Below, in pieces: positions 45,058-54,901 of a stretch of 64,000 nt of DNA. The notes beneath the pieces were generated by a model, which did no database searches, had not been told where the DNA came from, and worked only from the letters and a program-made list of their open reading frames with translations. This DNA comes from Candidatus Limnocylindrales bacterium (lineage in GTDB: Bacteria; Chloroflexota; Dormibacteria; CF-121): the NCBI GenBank assembly GCA_035632635.1, contig DASQGL010000074.1, positions 4,601 to 68,600 of the forward strand. The letters run 5' to 3'. The position numbers and the translations under genes were made by a program. Position 1 is the first letter of the stretch. Each line of letters begins with the position of its first letter.

Positions 45058-46473
45058 ATGGACCTGCTCGATCCGTCGCTGGCGGACTCGGTGATCCGCC
45101 GCGCGCTCCGCTCGGGAGCGGACTTCGCCGAGCTCTTCGTCGAGCGCAAGCGGAACCAGTCGGTCAGCGTCGAGGAAAGCCAGGTCCAGCGCGTCAATTC
45201 CGGGAACGACCGCGGAGCCGGGCTGCGGATCATCCACGGCGGCGTCGTCAGCTACATCTACACCGAGGACCTGTCGGAGGATGGCCTGCTGAAGACGGCT
45301 GACGTCGCCGCCTCGGTGGGGCGACGCGGGGGCGGGAGTTTCGCGCTGAGCGAGATCGCCGGCATGCCCCACAAGCCCCAGGCGGTCGAGGTCGACCCCC
45401 AGACGGTGGACGCGGAAGCGAAGATCGAGCTCCTGCTGGAGGCTGACCAGGCGGCCCGCGCCGCGGGTGGCGAAATCCGGCAGGTCGCGGTCGGCTACGG
45501 CGAGAGCCGCCAGGAGATCCTGGTCGTGACCTCCGAGGGCATCCGTCACCAGGATGCGCGCACGCGCGTTCGATTGATGGTCCATGCCGTCGCCGAGCGC
45601 AACGGCGAGATCCAGACCGCGATGGAGGCGCCCGGCGCCCAGCGCGGATTCGAATTCTTCGACGACACCTCCCCGGCCGACTACGCGCGCATGGCAGCCG
45701 AGCGCGCGCTGATGCTGCTCACCGCCGCACCGTCGCCCGCCGGCACCATGCCGGTCGTGGTGGGGAACGAGTTCGGCGGGGTGCTCTTTCATGAAGCCTG
45801 CGGGCACGGCCTGGAAGCCGACTTCGTGAGCAAGGGTTCCACCGTGTTCGCGGGCAAGATCGGCCAGCAGGTCGCGAGCCCGATCGTGACCGCGATCGAT
45901 GACGGCACGCTGCCGGCGCGCTGGGGCACGCTCGCCGTCGACGATGAGGGCGTTCCCACCCGGCGCAACGTGCTGATCCAGGATGGCGTGCTGGTCAGCT
46001 ACATGTTCGATCGCCTGCGGGCCGGTCAGCTGGCCCATCCTGCAACCGGCAACGGCCGGCGGCAGTCGTACCAGCACCTCCCGATCCCCCGGATGACGAA
46101 CACCTTCATCGCGCCCGGCGCGCATTCGGTCGAGGGCATCATCGCCGCCACCCCGCGCGGGCTGTACGCGCGCAAGCTCGGCGCCGGGCAGGTCGACGTC
46201 ATCACCGGCGATTTCGTCTTCGCCGTGACCGAGGGCTACCTGATCGAGGGCGGCCGGATCGGGCGTCCGGTCCGCGGGGCGACCATCGTCGGCAACGGGC
46301 CCCGCGCGCTGCACAAGATCGACATGGTCGGCAACGACCTCAAGCTCGCCCCCGGGACCTGCGGCAAGGAGGGCCAGGGCGTGCCGGTCTCGGTGGGTCA
46401 GCCGACCATCCGCATCAGCGAGCTGCTGGTCGGCGGAACGGGCGTGGTCCCGGCCGGCGCGATGCGTCCGTGA
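45058..46473 (+). CDS. tldD: TldD-family metalloprotease
   Basis: It has the HEACGH zinc motif and a length of 471 aa. Confidence 0.85.
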   Translation: MDLLDPSLADSVIRRALRSGADFAELFVERKRNQSVSVEESQVQRVNSGNDRGAGLRIIHGGVVSYIYTEDLSEDGLLKTADVAASVGRRGGGSFALSEIAGMPHKPQAVEVDPQTVDAEAKIELLLEADQAARAAGGEIRQVAVGYGESRQEILVVTSEGIRHQDARTRVRLMVHAVAERNGEIQTAMEAPGAQRGFEFFDDTSPADYARMAAERALMLLTAAPSPAGTMPVVVGNEFGGVLFHEACGHGLEADFVSKGSTVFAGKIGQQVASPIVTAIDDGTLPARWGTLAVDDEGVPTRRNVLIQDGVLVSYMFDRLRAGQLAHPATGNGRRQSYQHLPIPRMTNTFIAPGAHSVEGIIAATPRGLYARKLGAGQVDVITGDFVFAVTEGYLIEGGRIGRPVRGATIVGNGPRALHKIDMVGNDLKLAPGTCGKEGQGVPVSVGQPTIRISELLVGGTGVVPAGAMRP

Positions 46474-46477
46474 CGGC

Positions 46478-47815
46478 GTGAACGAGCTCGCGGAGCGGCT
46501 GCTGGCGCGGGCCCGCGCGCTCGGCGCCGAGGAGGCGGAGGTCTACCTGTCGCGCGGCTCCGAGTTCACGGTCAAGGTCTTCCAGGGCCGGGTCGAGTCG
46601 CTCGTGTCGGCGGACAGCCGCGGCCTGGGGCTGCGGACCTTCCGCGAGCGGCGGGTCGGCTTCGCGTACACGTCCGAGCTGGAACCGGCTGCCCTCGATG
46701 CGCTCGTCGAGGAGGCGATCGGCAACGGGCGCTACAACCACGCCGAGGAGGCGAACGTGCTGCCTGATCCGGAGCCGATCGAGCCGCTTCAGGGCGTCTA
46801 TGTGCCGGAGCTGCTGACCTACGACCCGGAGCGCAAGGTCGACTTCGCGCTGGCGCTCGAGCGGGTCGCGACCTCGCTGGATCCGCGGGTTACGCGGGTC
46901 AGCGATGCCGTCTACAGCGATGGCGCGGGTCGCGTCGAGCTGGCCAACAGCCGCGGTGTCGATGCGGCCTTCGAACGGACGGTCGCCTACGGCGTGATCG
47001 ATGCCATCGCCGAGCAGGACGGCGAGATGCAGTCCGGCTTCGCGTTCACCTACGGACGCGACCTCGAGGCGCTCGACGGGGTCGCCGCCGCGCGCGAGGC
47101 GGTCGACAACGCGACCGGCCTGCTGGGGGCTCGGCGGGCGAAGACGGCCCGGGTGCCGGTGGTGCTCCATCCGCATGCCGCCGCGATGCTGCTCGGCGTG
47201 ATCGGCAGCTCGTTCAGCGGCGACGCTGTGCTCAAGCGTCGCTCGCTCCTTGCCGGGAAGGTCGGGCAGGTGGTCGCCTCGACGCACGTGGCCATCGTGG
47301 ACGACGCCCGCCTGCCTACCGGCCTCGCCAGCCGTCCTTTCGATGGGGAAGGGGTAAGGGCCCGCCGCGTCGAGCTGATCACGGATGGCGTCCTGCGCGG
47401 CTACCTCCAGAACACCTATACCGCCCGGCGCAGCGGCGAGCGCTCCACGGGAAGCGCCGTCCGCACCTACAAGAGCGTGCCCGAGGTCGGCGTCACGAAC
47501 CTGATGCTGCAGCCCGGAGGCGAACGTCGCGAGGCGCTCCTCGCGCGGGTGTCGAACGGCCTGCACGTCGAGCAGCTGCACGGACTCAACACCGTCAATC
47601 CGGTCTCCGGTGAGTTCTCCTTCGGGGTCACCGGTCACTGGATTCGCGACGGCGCGCTGGCCGAGCCCGTCCGCGAGATGACGGTGGCCGGCAACCTGAT
47701 CAGTCTGCTGCGGTCAATCGTCGGCCTCGCCGACGATCTGCGGTTCCTCTTCGCCGGCGGTTTCTGCGGGTCGCCGAGCGTCCTGATCGAGGAGCTCCCG
47801 ATCGGCGGCGACTGA
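46478..47815 (+). CDS. pmbA: PmbA/TldE-family metalloprotease partner
   Basis: It is a 445-aa TldD/PmbA-fold protein lacking HExxH. It lies 5 nt after tldD. Confidence 0.8.
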   Translation: MNELAERLLARARALGAEEAEVYLSRGSEFTVKVFQGRVESLVSADSRGLGLRTFRERRVGFAYTSELEPAALDALVEEAIGNGRYNHAEEANVLPDPEPIEPLQGVYVPELLTYDPERKVDFALALERVATSLDPRVTRVSDAVYSDGAGRVELANSRGVDAAFERTVAYGVIDAIAEQDGEMQSGFAFTYGRDLEALDGVAAAREAVDNATGLLGARRAKTARVPVVLHPHAAAMLLGVIGSSFSGDAVLKRRSLLAGKVGQVVASTHVAIVDDARLPTGLASRPFDGEGVRARRVELITDGVLRGYLQNTYTARRSGERSTGSAVRTYKSVPEVGVTNLMLQPGGERREALLARVSNGLHVEQLHGLNTVNPVSGEFSFGVTGHWIRDGALAEPVREMTVAGNLISLLRSIVGLADDLRFLFAGGFCGSPSVLIEELPIGGD

Positions 47816-48544
47816 CGTCGCGTCCCGCAGGGCCTCGGGGGCGGTGGAGCAGAGCGTGGTGAACGCGGTCATGCCGGCGATCACGTCGCTCCGATCGATG
47901 CCGCTCCGCCCCGCCGCCGCCGCGCGGGCCATGGCGATGACCTGGGCGCTGAAGCTCGCGTAGCTCATCAGCATGGTGCCCCGCACGGGGTGGAGCTTCT
48001 CGCTCGTGACGGCGGCCTCGACCGCGCCGAGCAGCCGGGCGGCACGCCGCAGAACCGGATAGGCGTCGTCACGGGTGAGCGCTACCCGGCGTAGACGATG
48101 GAAGAAGGCGGCATCCGGCTCAGCCGGCTGCCTCGCTTCGAGGAAGCGGTCCGCGCCGGCGAGCAGGCGCAGCATCGCCGCGTAGGTGACCTGAAGTCGC
48201 GCCTGGCCGGTCCGCTCCTGCGTGTGCCCGTAGTGCCAGAGGACGACGGCGTCGGCGAACGAGAAGAAGACGTTGCGATAGAGCGTTTCGCCACGCAGCG
48301 TCGCCATCAGCGCGTTGTGCAGCTCCGCGCGAGCCAGCTTGAGCAGCGGCCGCTCGAAGAGGTCGTCGACCATCCCCGCCCACTGGGGGCGGGCGGCCAG
48401 GGACGCCGTCGCCATGGTCCGAAAGGCGGGGAGATCGCGCAGTCCTTCGATCGAGACCGCAAGCGACGCGGCCTCGCGGCCGGCAGCCTCGAGGAGACCG
48501 GCGCGCGCCTCGACGATGGCGGCGGTCGGTGCGCTGGCGCTCAT
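47714..48544 (-). CDS. hypothetical Ala-rich protein
   Basis: ATG 48544 overlaps the PHP gene TGA (ATGA). Its 3' end overlaps the pmbA 3' end by ~100 nt. No family recognised. Confidence 0.35.
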   Translation of the reverse strand: MSASAPTAAIVEARAGLLEAAGREAASLAVSIEGLRDLPAFRTMATASLAARPQWAGMVDDLFERPLLKLARAELHNALMATLRGETLYRNVFFSFADAVVLWHYGHTQERTGQARLQVTYAAMLRLLAGADRFLEARQPAEPDAAFFHRLRRVALTRDDAYPVLRRAARLLGAVEAAVTSEKLHPVRGTMLMSYASFSAQVIAMARAAAAGRSGIDRSDVIAGMTAFTTLCSTAPEALRDATSVAADRELLDQDARRPAETAGEEEPQIVGEADD

Positions 48545-49374
48545 CCGGTCGCCTCCAGCGCCGGCCATTCGATCCGGGCCTCAAGCCGCTCCAGGTAGCG
48601 CGGGTCGATCGTCTGCGTGGGCGCCGCGTACGGCTCGTCGCTGAAGCCGTGGAAATCCGTGCCCACCGTCCAGGGCAGACCGCTTCGACGTGCCATCTCC
48701 TCGTAGACCGGGATCTGCTCGGGCTTGTGCCGCCGCGTGTACACCTCGATGCCGTCGACCAGCTGGAGCACCTCTTTCAAGAGGTCCTGGTCCGGGACGG
48801 AGCCCGGGTGGGCGGCGACCGCGAGCCCGCCCGCGGCATGGATCGCTTCGACCGCCTCGGCCGGCGAGGCCATCGGCGCGTAGACCTCCGCCGGCAGGAA
48901 ATCGACGGCCTCGCGAACGCTCTGCCAGGCCTCCTTCTCCGGCATCAGCCGGTGCTGGAGGACGAGCTTGAGCACGGCGCCGGGCATCACCATCGGCTTG
49001 TGGGCGAAGGCGTCGAGCCCGAGCACCCGTCCGAATCCACGTTCGCGCAGCACCGCGATCCAGGCCTCGGTCTGGCGCCGGAGGACGCCCTGGTTGCGGT
49101 GGAGGAGCGCGAGCAGCTCAGGGTTGCGCATGTCGACGCCGTGACCGAGGATGTGCCGCATCTGCAGGGGCGGGTACGTGGTGACCTCGACCGCCGGCAC
49201 GTAGCCGAGCCCCCGCGCGTGGGCGACGGCACGAGCGCGCAGGACCCCGTAGAACGAGTCGTGGTCGGTGAGCGCCATGACGCGCACCCCGTGGTCGGCA
49301 GCCAGGTGGGCGACCTCGTCCGGGTCTCGCCATCCGTCACTGACGGTGGAATGCATATGGAGGTCTGCCAGCAC
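48541..49374 (-). CDS. PHP-domain metal-dependent phosphoesterase
   Basis: The N-terminus is DLHMHSTVSDG, with His/Asp metal ligands along the protein (277 aa). Confidence 0.75.
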   Translation of the reverse strand: MLADLHMHSTVSDGWRDPDEVAHLAADHGVRVMALTDHDSFYGVLRARAVAHARGLGYVPAVEVTTYPPLQMRHILGHGVDMRNPELLALLHRNQGVLRRQTEAWIAVLRERGFGRVLGLDAFAHKPMVMPGAVLKLVLQHRLMPEKEAWQSVREAVDFLPAEVYAPMASPAEAVEAIHAAGGLAVAAHPGSVPDQDLLKEVLQLVDGIEVYTRRHKPEQIPVYEEMARRSGLPWTVGTDFHGFSDEPYAAPTQTIDPRYLERLEARIEWPALEATG

Positions 49375-49501
49375 CGCTCCAGTCTACGGATCGAGGTGCG
49401 CGCCGCCTCTTCCCAGGCGACGAGCCGGTTTTCGAGGTGGTGACGGTTTTTCGGGCGTGCCGCGTTGGGTGGAATAACGGCAGTCGGCAAACCGCGGTTG
49501 T

Positions 49502-49756
49502 ATGGAGAGGATGACGATGCTTGGGGAACGTGAGCTGGTCGCACTGATCGAGGCCAACGACTATCCCGCCAGGGTGATCGAGACCGGGCTCGTCTGGGTC
49601 GAGCTGGAGATCGTCGACGGGAGGTCCAACACCCTGACCCGGAGGCGCCTGTCCAAGTCGGCCTTCGCCGACCTGATCCTCGACTGGCGCGAGCGGCGCA
49701 CGGCGAAGACGCGGGAGCTCAGCCCCGCGCTGCGCAAGATCGGCATCGCCGCCTAG
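49502..49756 (+). CDS. hypothetical small protein (~80 aa)
   Basis: An SD GGAGAGG lies upstream of ATG 49502/49511. It is followed by the repeat region. Confidence 0.4.
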   Translation: MERMTMLGERELVALIEANDYPARVIETGLVWVELEIVDGRSNTLTRRRLSKSAFADLILDWRERRTAKTRELSPALRKIGIAA

Positions 49757-49945
49757 CTATAGGCGCGAAAGCGCGGCTCGCCTGGCGGCTCGCTCTCATG
49801 CTTCGCCGGGCATCCGCGAAAGCGCGACTCGCCCTGCGGGCTCGCCGCGCTGCGGCGGCGGCTCGCTCTCATGCTTCGCCGGCCATCCGCGAAAGCGCGA
49901 CATACGCGCGAAAGCACGGCTCGCCCTGCGGGCTCGTGGCGCCGG
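49757..49945. repeat. intergenic tandem repeat array (~73-bp period, 2 copies) containing four GCGC-GAAA-GCGC type hairpins
   Basis: The 45-nt unit GGCGGCTCGCTCTCATGCTTCGCCGG(G/C)CATCCGCGAAAGCGCGAC occurs at 49784-49828 and 49857-49901. TCGCCCTGCGGGCTCG occurs twice. GCGCGAAAGC(G/A)CGGCTCGCC occurs twice. Confidence 0.7.
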
Positions 49946-49966
49946 CTCCGGTAAAATGACGGGGTC

Positions 49967-50941
49967 ATGCGGGTATCACGCTTTCTGTCAGCGAGGCTAT
50001 CGTCGGGCTTGCTCGTCGCCGGTCTGCTGGCAGCCTGCGGCTCGGAGGCGCCCGCCTCGGCGCCCACCCCCACCCCGACTCCGGCCCGGCCCGGACCGGC
50101 CATGGTCCAGGTCGAGAACTCGATCCAGGCCCGACCCCAATCCGGCCTGCAGCAGGCCGACCTCGTCTTCGAATACCTGGCGGAGGGCGGCATCACGCGC
50201 ATGACGGTGATCTACTTCAAGCCGGGCGGGCAGACGAAGATCGGCCCGGTGCGCAGCGCCCGACCGGTCACGATCCGCCTCCAGAAGGCGTACCAGGGCC
50301 TCATCTTCTTCAGCGGCGCGAACCAGAAGGTGCTGGACGAGATCGCCAGCCAGGGCATCCCGGCGCTCTCGGAGTCATCCGACGGCGGCCAGTACTTCTT
50401 CCGCGACCACAGCCGGCTGCCGCCGCACAACCTGTACACGACCGGGGACCGGCTCGCCTTCGGCGTCGAGCGACACGCACCCAGGATCACCTACCATCTG
50501 CCGTCACCCGGCGCTCCCTCCGCCAGCCCGGCGCCCGGGCAGGCCGTCCGGGTGCAGTTCGACCAGACGAGCTTCCACCGGGTCATCTATACGTACTCGG
50601 CTGCGGCCAATGCCTACGTCTACAACACCGTGATGGGGCCGCTGATCGACGCGTCGACCGGGCAGGGGATCCAGGCGGTCAACGTCATCCTCCTCCAGGT
50701 GGCCCACCACGACGCCGGCTTCACGGACGTGCTCGGCGCCCCCGCCCAGGACTTCGACCTGCAGGGGCAGGGCCCTGCCGACCTCTTCACCGGCGGCCGT
50801 CACTACGCCATCACCTGGGACCTCCGGGACCCGACCCAGCCGCTGCGATTCCTCGACGCCGCGGGCAGGCTGGTGCACCTCCCGGCGGGGCTGACCTGGG
50901 TGCACCTGGTCGACCCCGGCACGCCGATCAGCGTGTCCTGA
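49967..50941 (+). CDS. DUF3048-domain lipoprotein (YerB-like)
   Basis: It has a signal peptide with a lipobox (LLAACGS) and a Pro/Thr linker. The body resembles DUF3048. Confidence 0.7.
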   Translation: MRVSRFLSARLSSGLLVAGLLAACGSEAPASAPTPTPTPARPGPAMVQVENSIQARPQSGLQQADLVFEYLAEGGITRMTVIYFKPGGQTKIGPVRSARPVTIRLQKAYQGLIFFSGANQKVLDEIASQGIPALSESSDGGQYFFRDHSRLPPHNLYTTGDRLAFGVERHAPRITYHLPSPGAPSASPAPGQAVRVQFDQTSFHRVIYTYSAAANAYVYNTVMGPLIDASTGQGIQAVNVILLQVAHHDAGFTDVLGAPAQDFDLQGQGPADLFTGGRHYAITWDLRDPTQPLRFLDAAGRLVHLPAGLTWVHLVDPGTPISVS

Positions 50942-51074
50942 CGCCGGCGCCCAGGTCCTGACCAGGGCCTGCTGACGCGCGTTCCCCGCGGCGCATCCCG
51001 CTCGGGCTGGACAGTCGGCGCTCTGGGTGCTATACCGCTTACGGCAGGCGGAATCGGTCTAAGGAGGGATGCCC

Positions 51075-51578
51075 ATGCGTCAGCGGGTCTCGATGACCAT
51101 CAACGGCGCGCGCTACGAGCACGAGGTCGAGCCTCGGACGCTCCTCGTCCATTACATCCGGGAGCAGGCGGGCCTCACGGGAACCCACATCGGCTGCGAC
51201 ACCAGCAACTGCGGCGCCTGCACGATCGAGATGGACGGTCACAGCGTGAAGTCCTGCACCGTCTTCGCGGTCCAGGCCAACGGCAGTCAGCTCCTCACCA
51301 TCGAGGGACTCGCCAACGGGACCCAGCTGCACCCGTTGCAGCAGGCGTTCTGGGACGAGCACGGCCTGCAGTGCGGCTACTGCACTCCGGGCATGATCAT
51401 GGCCGCCCGCCAGCTGCTGGCGCGGAATCCGAACCCGAGCGAGCGGGAGATCCGGCTCGGAATCGAAGGTAATCTCTGCCGCTGCACCGGATACCACAAC
51501 ATCGTCAAAGCGATCCAGACGGCCGCCCGGGTCATGGGCGAGGGCGCCAAGCGGAAATCGCCGGCCACGGTTTCGTGA
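51075..51578 (+). CDS. coxS: [2Fe-2S]-binding small subunit of a molybdenum hydroxylase (CoxS/CutS-like)
   Basis: Motifs [10 protein letters not shown] and CGYCTPG...CRCTGY. An SD AAGGAGGG lies 6 nt upstream of the ATG. Confidence 0.85.
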   Translation: MRQRVSMTINGARYEHEVEPRTLLVHYIREQAGLTGTHIGCDTSNCGACTIEMDGHSVKSCTVFAVQANGSQLLTIEGLANGTQLHPLQQAFWDEHGLQCGYCTPGMIMAARQLLARNPNPSEREIRLGIEGNLCRCTGYHNIVKAIQTAARVMGEGAKRKSPATVS

Positions 51579-51596
51579 GCGCGGGAGGGATGTGAA

Positions 51597-53948
51597 ATGG
51601 CTGTCTCCCAGATGATCGGCGCCTCCATCAAGCGTCGCGAGGATCCCGAGCTGGTGACGGGTACCGGCTCCTTCGTCGACGACCTGCCCCAGACGGCGGT
51701 CCTCTACATGCACGTCGTGCGCAGCACCGAGCCTCACGCGCGCATCCTTGGAATCGAGACGGCGCGGGCGAAGGAAGCCGGCGGCGTGGTGGCCATCTAC
51801 ACCGGGAAGGACCTGCGCCAGGAATTCCAGTCGCCGCTCCCGGTGACCGTGACCTTCGTCCCCGAGAAGAAGGTCCCCGACCAGTACCCGATCGCGGTTG
51901 ACAAGGTGCGCTATGTGGGGGAGCCGGTCGCCATCGTGCTGGCCACAAGCCGCGCCGCCGCCGAAGACGCCGCCGAGCGGGTCGAGGTCCGCTACGAGGC
52001 GCTCCCCGCCGTGACCGACATCGAGGCCGCGATCGCCAAGGGCGCGCCGGTGATCCACGAGAGTCTCGGCTCCAACCTGTCCTATGACGTGCAGCGGTCG
52101 GCCGGCGACATCGATGCTGCCTTCCGCGAGGCCGAGGTGACGGTCAAGCAGCGGCTCCAGCAGCAGCGGCTGATCCCGATCGCGGTCGAGACCCGTGGCG
52201 TCGTCGCCGACTACCGGCGCTTCGCCAACAGCCTGACCGTCTGGTCCTCGACCCAGATCCCGCACTTCGTCAAGGTCTGGCTGGCGGTCATCCTGGGCAT
52301 CCCGGAGAGCCAGGTGCGCGTGGTCGCGCCCGACGTGGGCGGCGGCTTCGGTTCGAAGATCCGGGTCTACCCCGAGGAAGTGCTGACCGCGCTGGCGTCG
52401 CGCAAGGCCGGCCGGCCGGTCAAGTGGATCGAGGACCGCGAGGAGAACATGCGCGCGACCCACCACGGCCGCTCCCAGATCTGGGACGTCGAGATCGCGG
52501 CCAAGAAGGACGGGACCGTCCTCGGGCTGCGGGCCACCCAATGGCTCGACCTGGGCGCCTACTGCTCGCAATTCGGCACCTTCCAGACGATCGGCCTGCT
52601 GGTCGTGCAGGGTCCCTACCGCCTCAAGGCTCTCGACGGGCGGCTGGTTGGCATCTTCACGAACCGGACTCCGACGGACGCCTATCGCGGGGCCGGCCGG
52701 CCGGAGGCGACCTATGTCATCGAGCGCGTCATGGACCTCGTCGCCCAGGCCACGGGACTCGACCCGGCGGCCGTGCGGCGCAAGAACCTGGTGCGAGCGG
52801 ACGAGCAGCCATTCACCAGCCTGCTCGGCTTCACTTACGACTCGGGTGACTACAGGGCCGGGCTCGACCGTGCCCTCGAGCTGGTCGGCTACGAGAAGCT
52901 GCGCCAGGAACAGGCCGAGGGACGCAAGCATGGACGGTACATGGGCATCGGGCTGGCCAGCTATCTCGAGATCTGCGGGCTCGGCCCCGCCGCGCCGACC
53001 CAGGCCAACACGGGCGTCTCCCTGTGGGGCATGGGGGTGGTCCGCCTGCACTTCACCGGCAAGGCCACCGCGATCACGGGCAGCTCACCCCACGGCCAGG
53101 GGCACGAGACCACGTTCTCGCAGATCGTGTCCGATGTCATCGGCATTCCACCCGAGGACGTGGACGTGATCCATGGCGACACCGCGAACGGGCCGATGGG
53201 CATGAACACGTACGGCAGCCGCAGCACCGCCCTGGACGGGAACGCGGTGCACATCTCGGCCACCCGGGTTCGGGACAAGGCCAAGAAGATCGCGGCCCAT
53301 CTGCTCGAGGCCGCCGAGGACGACATCGTCTACGAGCAGGGCAAGGCGTTCGTCAAGGGGTCGCCGTCGAAATCGGTGACGATCCAGGAAATCGCGATGG
53401 CGTCCTTCCAGACGAACCGGATCCCCCCGGGTATGGAGGGCGGACTCGAGGCGACGACCTTCTACGATCCCACGAACTTCGTCTGGCCGTTCGGGACGCA
53501 TGTCTGCGTGGTGGAGGTCGATCCACAGACGGGCGCCGTGCGCATCGCGCGCTACCTGGCGCTCGACGACTGCGGCACCCGGATCAACCCGATGGTGGTC
53601 AACGGGCAGATCCACGGAGGGATCGCCCAGGGCATCGGCCAGGCGTTGCTCGAGGAGGGGGTGTACGGCGACGACGGCCAGCTGAAGACGGGCACGCTCG
53701 TCGACTACCTGATCCCGAGTGCCGCGGACCTTCCCTTCTTCGAGCTCACGGAGACGATCACCCCGAGCCCGGTCAACCCGCTCGGGGTCAAGGGCATTGG
53801 GGAGGCGGGCACGATCGCCTCGACGGCGGCAACCATCAACGCCGTGGTCGACGCCCTGCAGCCGTTCGGCGTCAAAGACGTCGACATGCCGGCGAGCCCG
53901 GCGAAGGTCTGGCAGCTGATGCATCGCAACGGAGGGAAGAAAGCATGA
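51597..53948 (+). CDS. coxL: molybdopterin-binding large subunit, form-II CoxL-like (AYRGAGR active-site loop)
   Basis: It is 783 aa and belongs to the xanthine dehydrogenase family. Its loop TDAYRGAGRPE matches the form-II/putative CODH type rather than form-I VAYRCSFR. An SD GGGAGGGA is present. Confidence 0.85.
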   Translation: MAVSQMIGASIKRREDPELVTGTGSFVDDLPQTAVLYMHVVRSTEPHARILGIETARAKEAGGVVAIYTGKDLRQEFQSPLPVTVTFVPEKKVPDQYPIAVDKVRYVGEPVAIVLATSRAAAEDAAERVEVRYEALPAVTDIEAAIAKGAPVIHESLGSNLSYDVQRSAGDIDAAFREAEVTVKQRLQQQRLIPIAVETRGVVADYRRFANSLTVWSSTQIPHFVKVWLAVILGIPESQVRVVAPDVGGGFGSKIRVYPEEVLTALASRKAGRPVKWIEDREENMRATHHGRSQIWDVEIAAKKDGTVLGLRATQWLDLGAYCSQFGTFQTIGLLVVQGPYRLKALDGRLVGIFTNRTPTDAYRGAGRPEATYVIERVMDLVAQATGLDPAAVRRKNLVRADEQPFTSLLGFTYDSGDYRAGLDRALELVGYEKLRQEQAEGRKHGRYMGIGLASYLEICGLGPAAPTQANTGVSLWGMGVVRLHFTGKATAITGSSPHGQGHETTFSQIVSDVIGIPPEDVDVIHGDTANGPMGMNTYGSRSTALDGNAVHISATRVRDKAKKIAAHLLEAAEDDIVYEQGKAFVKGSPSKSVTIQEIAMASFQTNRIPPGMEGGLEATTFYDPTNFVWPFGTHVCVVEVDPQTGAVRIARYLALDDCGTRINPMVVNGQIHGGIAQGIGQALLEEGVYGDDGQLKTGTLVDYLIPSAADLPFFELTETITPSPVNPLGVKGIGEAGTIASTAATINAVVDALQPFGVKDVDMPASPAKVWQLMHRNGGKKA

Positions 53949-54805
53949 TTCCGGCGGCCTTCGATTACGTGGCGCCGCGCACCCTGCCCGAGGCGGTCGC
54001 CGAGCTGGTCAAGCACGGCTCGGAAGCCAAGGTGCTGGCCGGCGGGCACAGCCTGATCCCCCTCATGAAGCTGCGGCTGAGCACCCCGTCGTTTCTGGTC
54101 GACATCGGGCATATCAAGGACCTCAGCTACATCCGCGAACAGGACGGCCACATCGTGCTCGGCGCCCTGACCACGCATCACGACATCGAGTTCTCCGACC
54201 TGATCGTTGCGAAGCTACCCCTCCTGCAGCGGGCCGCCACCCAGATCGGCGACCCCCAGGTCCGCAACCGCGGCACCGTCGGCGGCGCCGCCGCGCACGC
54301 CGATCCGAACGGGGACTTCCCGACCTGTCTGCTGGCGCTGGACGCGGAGTTCGTGGCGGTGGGTCCGCGCGGGGACCGCCTGATCAAGGCCCGCGACTTC
54401 TTCGTCGATACGTTCACGTCGGCGCTGGAGCCGGACGAGGTGTTGCGCGAGATTCGCATCCCGACGCCGCCCGCCGGTACCCGATCCACCTACGTCAAGT
54501 TCAGCCGGCGATCCCAGGACTGGGCGATCGTGGCCGTGGCCGCCCAGGTCACGGTCCGGGATGGGAAGGTCGAGCGGGTCGCGGTCGGACTGACCGGCAT
54601 GGGCCCGACGCCGCTGCGCGCGGCCGCGACCGAACGGGCGCTCGCCGGCAAACCGGCCACGCCACAGGCGCTCTCCGAGGCGGCGGGCCACGCCGCCGAC
54701 GGGATGGAGCCGCCGGAGGACCTGAACGGCACGCCCGAGTATCGCCGCCATCTGGCATCGGTCCTCACCCGTCGCGCGCTGGAGGAGCTGACCGCGTCGA
54801 AGTAG
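53945..54805 (+). CDS. coxM: FAD-binding medium subunit (CoxM/CutM-like)
   Basis: The ATG overlaps the coxL TGA (ATGA). It has an FAD_binding_5 domain with AGGHSL. S-L-M gene order is typical of form II. Confidence 0.85.
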   Translation: MIPAAFDYVAPRTLPEAVAELVKHGSEAKVLAGGHSLIPLMKLRLSTPSFLVDIGHIKDLSYIREQDGHIVLGALTTHHDIEFSDLIVAKLPLLQRAATQIGDPQVRNRGTVGGAAAHADPNGDFPTCLLALDAEFVAVGPRGDRLIKARDFFVDTFTSALEPDEVLREIRIPTPPAGTRSTYVKFSRRSQDWAIVAVAAQVTVRDGKVERVAVGLTGMGPTPLRAAATERALAGKPATPQALSEAAGHAADGMEPPEDLNGTPEYRRHLASVLTRRALEELTASK

Positions 54806-54827
54806 CCATCTCGAACAGGCGCTCGTG

Positions 54828-54859
54828 AAGCCGGCGGCCTCGCCGCCGGCTTTTCATTC
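54828..54859 (+). terminator. rho-independent terminator after coxM
   Basis: The stem AAGCCGGCGG/CCGCCGGCTT has a 5-nt loop and is followed by TTCATTC. Confidence 0.6.
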
Positions 54860-54901
54860 GCGTCGCCCCGTGCGGTGGCGTCAGCCCGCCGTCTCCGCGA
54901 C

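Noticed and set aside
43726-46314. 862-aa minus-strand ORF
   Set aside because: It is antisense to the MFS and tldD genes, with low-complexity composition and no recognisable domains.
49757-49945. Possible CRISPR array
   Set aside because: There are only two long repeat copies, with nested sub-repeats, no regular spacers and no cas genes in the window. I classified it as a tandem/REP-like repeat.
51039-53051. 670-aa minus-strand ORF
   Set aside because: It is antisense to coxS/coxL; the same applies to 40317..42620 (-), antisense to the GltD-like gene. GC-driven open frames.
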